Assembly (NCBI GenBank): GCA_965637545.1
Contig: OZ281498.1
Coordinates: 23,560,001-23,624,000, forward strand
DNA: 64,000 nt
Direction of reading: 5' to 3'
From: Phallusia mammillata
Taxonomy: Eukaryota
The notes beneath the pieces were generated by a model. It ran no database searches. It saw only the letters and a program-made list of their open reading frames with translations, and was not told the DNA's origin. The translations under genes were made by a program, and so were the position numbers. Shown here piece by piece: positions 42,789 to 52,800 of the stretch. The stretch's first letter is position 1. The number at the start of each line of letters is the position of its first letter.

Positions 42789-44894
42789 CGGTAGACGCAA
42801 GAGAATAAGCTTGCCGAAAAATGTTCTTTATTAATGAGAACGTTCTTTCAAACCCATTTTCTTGTATGTTACACAGTATATTCCCAGGCCATATACAACG
42901 CGATAGAACTGGTTTTAATATATGTGTACGTGACTATACTTAATTCTATGTATGTATAGCTACTTGCCCACAGAAAGTTCTCTGTAATGGAAAGTCTATA
43001 ATCCGATTAGTGTCAGGTGACACAACCTGGCAAAATAATGAACATACACAGTGAATGTATTCACACGAAATGGCAGGCAGGCGACAGCAGAAACAGCAAC
43101 TAGGTTACACATACTTCAACATGGTTGTGTGAACATAACATTGTTGGGCGACAAATAAAAAACAAACATGTGTGGTAAAATTCCTTGTGTTAAACTCGTA
43201 ACAATGTAAAAAGTTGATAGGACCAAATTCAGATGAAACTTTATGGCATTTACAATTAAATGTTGATGTTTGTTGGGTTCTGCTGTAACACAATTATGAT
43301 GCCAATAACAACACACTTCCATACAAATCACAGTATCCCAGACCCACATAAACCAAATGTAATTCCAGTTTAGGAGATTTGCCGGCCTGGCTTTGGTTAA
43401 TAGGTAACATCCATAAAAAACATCTTACTAAAAGCCCAACAACAACAAAAACAAATTCTTGTGTGAAAACCAACGGTTAGACAAACTTTTAACTACCAAT
43501 AAATACATTGACACAGAAGATTTGGACAATTTGATATGTAATCATTTCCAATTAAACTGATTAAAATCGACAATAAAGCTTTAGAAAATGACAATCAATG
43601 TTTCTTAAACTGAAGAGTACAATTTTGGGGGGATTGGAGTTATATAGGATAAAAAATTTCATGTTTATAACAGCATAAATATCAAGGTAACTGGAACTTT
43701 GAAAGCAGTATATCACACATTGCACAGTTTTTACATTACTACCTGAAGCCTAAAGCTTTAAGCATTTTGTTCTTCTCCTTCATTTTCATTACATTAGCAT
43801 GCATTTTGTCAAAAAACAAACAAATACAAGAACATATATTTTTCATTTACACATGTCAAAGGGTTTTGTTAAAAAAGCATTGGGATTTAAAATGAAGTGA
43901 AGAAATAACAGCTTGTACCTTTCATAAACAACACAGACATAGGAAAAACATAGATTTTACATTGAAGCAGCTACATGTGAAAATTGTCTTTGGGGATAAA
44001 ACAGCTAAAAATGAAGTATCGACAAAAAATTCGGGCAATCTAACACTGATAATGCAAGTGTCTGAAGCTAATGGCTTATAAATGAACAATTGCGGTGATG
44101 TTGCAAATTATATGTGTCAGTAAAGGGATCTTGCCATTCAATGGTTTATAAACTGAGTGTCATTTTCCAGGAAAAAAGTAAGATGTCATCACTTAAGCAT
44201 AGTGTGATAAATTATTGATAAAGCTACATGGTTTGGTAGCATGATGGTAATAACATGTGGTGAATTAAAACATGCTGCATGCAACACTTGTAACATGCTT
44301 CACAAGTTATAAATATCTTAATTCGTTTTAAAGTTTAAGTATATATACCCTAATGTGTGTTTATGTTTATGCCTTAAATTTTATATTAGTTTGTTAAGGA
44401 ATAGAAAAATATAAAAACCACCAAACTCAACCATAAAAGTATCAAATTCTACACAGCATTATTCTTAAAATAGGACATAATATGCAAAATCCAATAAACA
44501 GAAAGCATTGCACCATTAGGAAGGTCTAAAAATAAGTACATTCAAAGATTAGGACCCAACTGTTGCTACTAGTTCAGATTGCAAAATGCCATGTAAAGTA
44601 ATTGCACAACCACAAATATTTCGTAAATTGACTGTCCAAGCTCCCTATGGAATTAGGAAGTAATATGGGCTAGATTTATTGGATCAATATTAAGGAATTG
44701 CTTACATAAAATCAACTATAACCTTTATGCCAGCTAGCATGTAAGTAAGTAATACTATTAGAAAATGTTGCCCCTAAGTTTGGATTCAGCTTTTTCAGTT
44801 GCAATATCCAACCAACATTGGTTCTTATTAAAAGTTTTATGTCTGATTAACCAGGCTTGGCAGTGTTATGCCGGTCATTATGAATGCTGACAAG

Positions 44895-47345
44895 TTAAGA
44901 ATATACAAAATATGAGTAGAGTTGGAACAGAAAAATGCAAATGATACATGATACCACTGTTGTAAACCAAGGAAAATCAATTTGGTTCCTTTGTTGATTA
45001 GTCAATTGCAGCTGGATGTGATCGAGTCGCCTAATGATGCTTTCCTGAGTGTCTTGAATAGGCTGAAGAGCACTGATCATGAATTCATTGTATTCTTGCT
45101 TCTGGCGAGAACTGCTGTACCTTTTTTCCATACTATCCACCAGAGGTCCATTGTTACTGCTGTTTGACGACTTGCTTTTTGCCAAAGCAAATTGTTTAGC
45201 AGGATTCCGCGAAGGAGACATTCGATGCCTGGTCTTGGTACCAATGACGCCATTGCTTTCATACTGTATAATGTCGTTTAAATCATCCCAAGGCCTGGTG
45301 TCCATGTATTTATAAACCCATGACTGACATTCAGCATCAAAGTCAAAATATGTGGTTTTCCACAACTCCCCAGTGTCTTTGCGGTGTTTAGCACCCTCTC
45401 GCTGAGCTACTTCAAGTATGCTTTTCTGTTCAGTAGCAGCTATCTGGTCTTGGTTGTTGATTGCTTTGGTGACATGCTGCCAAAGCTTTTCTGATTCAAA
45501 GTCTCCCTGCTTGGCCTTGTCAACAATGAACCGCTGCAGTCTTGACTTCTTAACTTCATCAGTGGCTGACCAAAACACAGACACAGTGCCTTTGTTGAGG
45601 TCAGTTAAGTGAACTGTTTGATCCCAACAGCCACTCAATGTTGCAAGAACACGTTGCCCCACCAAAATTCGACCCGTTATTTCATTCAATTTTCCCCCAC
45701 CACCGAGCAATGGTTTTAGCTTGAACTCGAGTTCTGTGGTGTAACCTGTTTTTTCACATGCTATTGTAACTTTGCCACCAAATTCCATTGTCATTTTGCC
45801 ATAAATAATTCCCTTGCAGTGAGCATAGGGCAATGTGAGACGATATTCTTCACCATGTTTCAGCAAGTTTAGTTTGCAAGAACCATCCAAGACAGCAGAA
45901 ACTGAGTTTCCGTAAAACTTTGACTTGGCTAAAATGCTCCCATTGATAACAAAACCATCTTTCCGGTTGCTTATAACAAAAGCAGACACTGGTGGATGGT
46001 GTGAAACCTGTTCAGCAAGAAAAAATGTTGAACTGTTTGTGCTTGGGTGGTTCCATTTGCACCTAAAGGTTTCCCCTAAAATCGGGTTGTAGGGTTTTTT
46101 CAAACCTTTTGGCTTTTTGTAAAAACCTGACAAGTACCACTTTGTGATGCCCTTGATACGATCATAAGCATTCTCCATCACGGCTGCATTTGATAATAGA
46201 TCAGCATGGTAATAGTAGTCTGAAAACTTTTCCAAAAACGACCTTGGCTCTAGAATAAATGTTGGCAACACCACTTTTGAAAGGTCCATTCCTGGCCGTA
46301 CTTGTTTCAACAGCATCCAAATCAAACTTTTATTTTCACCTTCCAAGGTTTCTGTTTGACAATCATCACCAACTGCACTTAGGTCTTCAGCAGCTTCTTC
46401 AACATACTGTGTGTAATCTTTGGCTTCAGTTTCTTCTTCTGCATGGATCAATGAGCTTTCCTCGGAATAGCAACTTTCAGTAGAGTCTTCCACACTTTCT
46501 ACAGTATCGGTCAAACTTATGCGCTTCAAATCAATCGACATTTCACCTGAACTACAACGCTCTTGTGTTTCAGACAGTAGTTCATTAGCAATTGGACTCA
46601 AATTTAGCAATGGCAATTTCTCTTGTAACTCTGCAATGTCAGTTGCTAGTTCATCATTATTTGAAACATCAGGCAGCAAAACATCAATACTGGATCTACC
46701 CAACTCCTCAGCAAGGCTTGTAGGTCTACCTGGTTTTGCGTCTAGAGATTTCTTGAGTAGGTTAGAACATTTACGAGACAGTTCAAGGGCATCCATCCAG
46801 CATTGCCCATCGGATTCAGTTTGAGCGCGCAAAATCAAATATGATGTAGGCAGGGAATTAGTTAAAACACTTGACGTTTCACCTTTTGGACCTTTGGAAG
46901 CCCACATACACTGGTCCATAGTGTTGTATATTTTAAAGCAGAATCCATCCTTTTTAGATGGACGCTCAATTATTTCAACTGATGCTAGTGATACAGTGCC
47001 TATCCATGTCTTCTCCTTGGAATTTTTGTACAAAAACAGTAGACCTGGTTTGAGTAAACACCAAACTCGAGACCAATTCTTTAAGGTGCTTCGAACTTTT
47101 AACCAGTCTGATAAAATGATCACTGCTGGATTGTTGGCTGTCATTTTAAATTCATTTTCAGCTTTTTTCTTCTCCATTTTGTAAGATTGCTTCTGCAGTC
47201 TCAAAGAAGCTTTTTTAGATAATTTTGATGGACCAGGAGAAACAGCAACATCAGTGGTATTTGTGGTAATAATTTTGGGTGTCTCCTGTTTTGTACAGTT
47301 GGTATCTGATGGCACGGATTTGATTGGTGTTGATGTGTCATCCAT
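44895..47345 (-). CDS. OSBPL8: Oxysterol-binding protein-related protein 8/5 ortholog (PH + ORD + C-terminal TM anchor), single coding exon, about 816 aa
   Basis: Probable start MDDTSTPIK at 47345, inside track ORF 44895..47429. PH domain (LSDWLKVRSTLKNWSRVWCLLKPGLLFLYK), ORD signature EQVSHHPP with RPGMDLSKVVLPTFILEPRSFLEK, and a hydrophobic tail anchor (WFTTVVSCIICIFLFQLY). A short upstream exon ending near 47686 cannot be excluded. Confidence 0.95.
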   Translation of the reverse strand: MDDTSTPIKSVPSDTNCTKQETPKIITTNTTDVAVSPGPSKLSKKASLRLQKQSYKMEKKKAENEFKMTANNPAVIILSDWLKVRSTLKNWSRVWCLLKPGLLFLYKNSKEKTWIGTVSLASVEIIERPSKKDGFCFKIYNTMDQCMWASKGPKGETSSVLTNSLPTSYLILRAQTESDGQCWMDALELSRKCSNLLKKSLDAKPGRPTSLAEELGRSSIDVLLPDVSNNDELATDIAELQEKLPLLNLSPIANELLSETQERCSSGEMSIDLKRISLTDTVESVEDSTESCYSEESSLIHAEEETEAKDYTQYVEEAAEDLSAVGDDCQTETLEGENKSLIWMLLKQVRPGMDLSKVVLPTFILEPRSFLEKFSDYYYHADLLSNAAVMENAYDRIKGITKWYLSGFYKKPKGLKKPYNPILGETFRCKWNHPSTNSSTFFLAEQVSHHPPVSAFVISNRKDGFVINGSILAKSKFYGNSVSAVLDGSCKLNLLKHGEEYRLTLPYAHCKGIIYGKMTMEFGGKVTIACEKTGYTTELEFKLKPLLGGGGKLNEITGRILVGQRVLATLSGCWDQTVHLTDLNKGTVSVFWSATDEVKKSRLQRFIVDKAKQGDFESEKLWQHVTKAINNQDQIAATEQKSILEVAQREGAKHRKDTGELWKTTYFDFDAECQSWVYKYMDTRPWDDLNDIIQYESNGVIGTKTRHRMSPSRNPAKQFALAKSKSSNSSNNGPLVDSMEKRYSSSRQKQEYNEFMISALQPIQDTQESIIRRLDHIQLQLTNQQRNQIDFPWFTTVVSCIICIFLFQLYSYFVYS

Positions 47346-49431
47346 CTTGGATTGGGCTTGACAAAGGTAAAGACAAAAGCAGCAAAATTTTCTAAAGTAA
47401 CATCTGCCAATATGACAAAACAAAAACATTAGTCTAGCGCCAGCAATATTTTACACAAACAGAAAACAACTACAAAAGTTAAAAACAAGTCAAAACTGCA
47501 AACAAACTGGAAATCTGTTATTACCACTGCAAAATGAGTAAGCTTTTTCTGCAATTTGTAAACTGCTCAAAACGTTTTCCCGAGTTTTTTTAGCATTGAT
47601 CCTAAAATCGTTACATAAAATTATATATATTGTTTAGCAATTTGTTCAAACCAAGTAAGAAATATGCAATATTACAAAGTGTATACCTCTGCACAAAAAT
47701 GTGTTGCAAAAGCGCTTTCTTTTGTATTTATGCAAACTTGCAAATGCTCTGCTCATCACTTTCAGCAACGCAGCAACGCTCCTTCCTTTACTGGTCGACT
47801 GTAAGATCAAACCTCGACTTTCTTCGAAAGATTTTGCCTGGCAGCCCTTTTTTTATTTCCCAGATCCTTGCGCCTTTGATGTAGCTGCAGTTGATGTTAA
47901 AATGCTACCAGTACTTTTTCTGATTGCATGTACAAATGAATCGTCTTAAAAATCATTTTACAACTTCATTTCGCAGACCATCTGAAAATTTACGAAGAAG
48001 ACTCAACTTCAACTGTCATAGTTTTGTAAAACGGAAAATAAACGCAGCTTGTACATCATTGTTCCAACGAAAAAGGAAGCAACAAATTTCTCCATGACAC
48101 AACAGCAGTATGGCGTACGTTTTGTCAACTTTCGCAGCCTGTCTTGGAACAATAAGGTTAATTAATCAACATGACATTAATCAACTGGTAAATAGAACAG
48201 GTCCCGCTATGTTCTACGCTGCAGTAACAAGGCCTTTGACGAAACCGGGAGTAGTTAATCTCTTTGGACAAAGCCAAAAATCGATTGTAAAACCCCTTGG
48301 TAAAGAAAAACGAAAAAACGCACAAGAATGGAACGGAAGCGCATACGAAACCTACGTGCTATAATAGTATAATGTAACTCGTCAGATGACAACTAGCTCA
48401 TCAAGACATTTGCTAGCTTTTTGCACATATGTATGCTACTTTGTTTTTGTTGTTTGAATATTTTGTGCGAAATAAACTTAATTACTTACTTATTTACTTT
48501 TGGTGTGCAACCGAGCACTAAACAACACCTTAAGTAACGTCCTTGCGTACTCAGATATATTTGGGGTTCGCTTACTGTTGTATAAAATATTAATCGTTTA
48601 TGCCGAACAAGAACTTGCAGCTGATGAGACCAAACAACTGACATTGACACAATCAATGTCAGGATTTTATTAAAGTTAGTAAAAACGTACCACGATCATG
48701 ATAAGCAACATAGTGTATCATGATGAGCAATAACAATTAGTATTTTGTTTAGCATTACACCAGTTGAACGACAAATTTGTTAAGCAATAAGGTGTCGATT
48801 TTTTTTAAGACAGAAAATTTCACACTTTTACGATAGCTTATAGACTGCATGGTAATCGACAGTAATTAGATTCGTCTAATTTCCTTGCAGCTTAAAAAAG
48901 TAACAATTCATAGAAGATAGGACAATAGTTGCAATAAACATGCTACATGGCAGCGTAAATATGTACATGACAGGTGGCAGCTTAAATATGTTAATTGGTT
49001 GTAAAGTGTTTCGGTCGTTCTGATGATTTCGTCGTTTAATTTTGCACCGTTGATTGAATATTTTAATCTTTACATTTGTTACGGTTCACAAGCGAAGATA
49101 ACCTATTTTTAATCATGTTTCGGTTATTCACTTCTGCTTCTTAGCATAACAATTTAACTGGATCGTAATTTAAACCATTTCAGTGGCAAATTTTGTGACA
49201 AACTGGTTTTAATATTTAAATTCTCGTACTGTTAGCAACTAAGCAATACAAGGAAACTTCAAAAAATCAGTTAATTGGTTGTGGATCACCCATTTTGTCT
49301 TCCCATGTGTGTGCTAACTTGGTAAATGTATTATCCAAGCACGTTTGCAATCCGCCACCATACAAACCAAGAGTACCACCTGAAAAAGAAACACATGTTT
49401 TATTCAAGTTTTTCATTCAAAGAACTTATTG

Positions 49432-49792
49432 CAGGGTTCCCAAGCAATTTTCGTTTAAACTTTATAAATTCCATGACTTTTCCAAAACTTTTCAAGAAAA
49501 AAATCCCTTTACATAACCTTATTAAAAAAAAATCGAGCAATTCCCATAGTAAAACTAGAAAAGAGGCTTTGGTATATGTAGCCAATTTACCATACTTGAA
49601 ACGAATATACAAACGTTACGTAATTTGAAATTCCCATCTCTATCTGGCATTTTCAGGGCAAAACAGGCGTCAAATTCCATACTTTTTTAAGAACTTGCCA
49701 AAGTTAGCTTTTTTCAAAACTTTTCCAGGCCTTAAAAATACAAATTTAATTTCCATAACCTTTCCAGGTTTTCCATACCTGCGGGAACTCTG
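49432..49792. mobile_element. Non-autonomous DNA transposon with 6-bp TSD (hAT6-like)
   Basis: CAGGGTTCCC ... GGGAACTCTG; TTATTG duplicated on both sides; internal TTTCCA motif repeats. Confidence 0.7.
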
Positions 49793-49864
49793 TTATTGTC
49801 ACGCAAATCAGTAATTCATGTGCCAGGGAGGGCAATTTGAACTGACTGTTTTAATTCACTTTAC

Positions 49865-52800
49865 CTGTTGCAACGAACATGACATTTTTTCCTTGAAACC
49901 TGGAAGGGTTTGTTTTCATCTCTGCAAGCATTCCCTTTAGAGCTTTTCCAGAATAAACAGGATCACAAAATATTCCCGTGGAACTGGCAACTTCTTGCAG
50001 AAAGTCTATTAATCAGTTTGTCATAAAACATTACAGTGGCCCTTTTGCTTTGGATTTTCTGTGAAATAACTTACAATGGTCATCCAACATGCTTTTTCTG
50101 TGATCATCAATAATATCAACTAAATCCTCTGATCTTTTCTCAGTGACATTAAGTTCACGCAAAATCACATTGGCATGTTCGTGGTAATAATCCTTGTCAA
50201 AAACACCACTCATTCCATGAAGTCTGCGTGTAAACAATTTAGAATAAACCAGGCATTGACATATAGTCGGTCTACTTGTCGAACTTCAACGTTAACAATC
50301 AAGGTGTTTTAGTTTTATTTAAAAACTTCCAAAGTAAGCAACAACTCAAAATAATGTATTTTATTTCCTTACTTAATCTTTTGCCCAGTCAAGTAATTTC
50401 CAATGCAGAGTCCAATCAAGGTGCCACCAGTACTAGTAGCCACAAATATATCATCAATCTTATCAAAACCTTCTTGGTTCATTAATTCATTCCAGGCCTC
50501 AATGTAACCAAAAACACCAGTTGAGTCTGTTGCTCCTTTAGGAATACAGTACGCTGGTTTGCCTGTGGAATGTCTGAAACAAAACCATAAACTCTAAAAT
50601 ATAGGTGAAAGCACACAGAAACTTTATTAGTAGAATACAAACTCATTCAAAACTGTTAATTTTTTCATATACATATGACCAGTTGTGGCATCGACCAGTT
50701 ACTCCCAACAAACTGAAGTGTCATTAGATTGTTACATTAGCCAATACAGCCTTTTTCTTGTCATAAAGCACTGATGAACGTTGTATATGAAAACAGTGTG
50801 CACTTGTAGTGTTAAATACGGTTTGTCTCGGTACAAGCTATAAAACCGAGTCACTATAAATGTTCGGTGATGAGTCTCAAGGTTACAACCGCGTCACTAC
50901 AAATTAAAGAAGGTATACCACCGTCTTTAACCTCCCAAGCTCCTGGGCTTGTCAGGACCGGAGTCCTGGAAACTCCACACACGTGTCTTGCACTTCGGTT
51001 CGTTTGTTTATTGTTCACGAGAAGAGAGAGAGATGGTAGAAGAGGAAAGAGATCGAAATGAACGAGTGCGGTTTTATATATACCCGGAAAAAGGCGTTAA
51101 ATCGTACACATGTGCTCTTGCGATTGGCTCTTGCACAATTCCCACACAAAGCAGCATCCAATCACAGCACGAGACAAAACATACGGTTAAAGCTCGCAAA
51201 CACCAGATCACAAAGTCGTCTCTGCATCCTAATTAACTGCGACAGGAAATATTACAAAGTCCGAACACGATTTGTCAATACAGTGGGATTTGGTTGCTAT
51301 ACATTTTAACTTCCTCGCAGCCTTTGAGCTAGCGAGTCAAAACCGAGCTATTTTGGTAAACAAATATTGCAAAGTTTGCACAAATTATGTCGCAACCGCT
51401 ACAAAATACCCCCCGCCATTTTTTTGAGCAATGAGCAATATATGGTCATTGCGGGATTGGGCATGAAAGTGGCACACAAGAAAATACATATCATACACAA
51501 CGGAAAACAGTATGCAATTGAAAATTTGTTGATTTCTTGAAGTTTCTGTATCAACACAACGATACATAAGTAACATCACAAATACAGTATTGTCTGCATT
51601 AGGCATTAAAACGTTTAAACTTATACATTCAAGAACAAACAACATTCATTTTACACCACACCATTTATCGAATTTGATTATCGCATTTCGAGCGTAACGT
51701 TTTGTTTCTGGAGATAGATTGTCTCCAGTCTTCAGACATCTGAATTGCTGAAATTCGGTGTCTGTCAGTATGGTGAATGTGAATGTCCTTTGCTCTTGAT
51801 CACAATAGCGGTTGAAAGTCACGTCGCTTCTGAAACAACAAAATAACAAGCAGTATACCGAAATAACAGTGGCATTGATTTCACACATAAGTTTTAATGT
51901 GTAACAATAGAACATTTAATCACGGTAGAGCAGCGCATTTATTGCCTGAGAATCGAATTCATTATTATTTGTTAAAATTGGGCAGGCAATAAACTTCGCA
52001 ATTGAAGCGGTAGTCTTGGCTGACTAAACTCGACAAACTTGTACAAAAATTGAATACGTTTGATAAAGCAGAACACGAAATCAAGTTGTGATTTAATGTA
52101 GGTATGCCCCCAAGCTAGCCGATGTTCAGACTAAACCTTAAAATTGAGATGGTACTCAGGAGTATATTGATGTAAGTAATCATTCGCATAGCATTCATTC
52201 CTCGTGGGAAAGTAATAAAAAGAATACGTACATGTATCAAGTCATGCTCAGAAACTACGAGCTTCGATAATCATTCGTTCATTGTAAAGACCGCCCACTT
52301 GGCGTAGTATTGTAATAATAAGAAAGTAATCACCGCCCACTTGGCGTAGTAATGTAATAATAATAAAAGTAATAACACCGCCCCATTGGCGTAACATGCA
52401 TGAATAAGAAATAATAAAACAACGCCTATTTGGCATATTTGTAAAGATATTTGGGCGACAGATATAATTTCTGTAAAATTTCGTAGTATAATGATATAAG
52501 ATTTTTTTTTAAATGTTTATTTTTATTTCCTGGGCGCAAAAAAATGTCAATATGGTATACAGTTTCCCAGGAAAATCACGTCTCGTTAGATTGTTCCCTT
52601 CATTTGTATGCGCACTTCTGTTACGGTCGTAGGGTGATCATTCCTATCGGTTGTACACAGAGTGGACGCATGACGTACTATTCGAAGGGATCTAAAAAGT
52701 CGCAATTCGTGCTCAACGTTGCCTACGTGTTGGCACATGGCATTGCGACCCGTGTGATATTATTGAATGCAAAGGGTAAGTAAAGTGTGCACCTCTGGCT

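Noticed and set aside
44982-47410. Plus-strand ORFs over OSBPL8
   Set aside because: Antisense shadows of the real coding sequence.
48500-49110. Candidate last exon of the desulfhydrase-like gene (LFGLISCKF… near 48640; GYLRL* near 49100)
   Set aside because: The first has no phase-compatible acceptor and the second has no convincing homology; left unresolved.
52290-52432. CRISPR-like repeat-spacer appearance
   Set aside because: Eukaryotic context, the spacers are similar AAT-rich sequence rather than unique, and no cas genes are present; it is a simple minisatellite.
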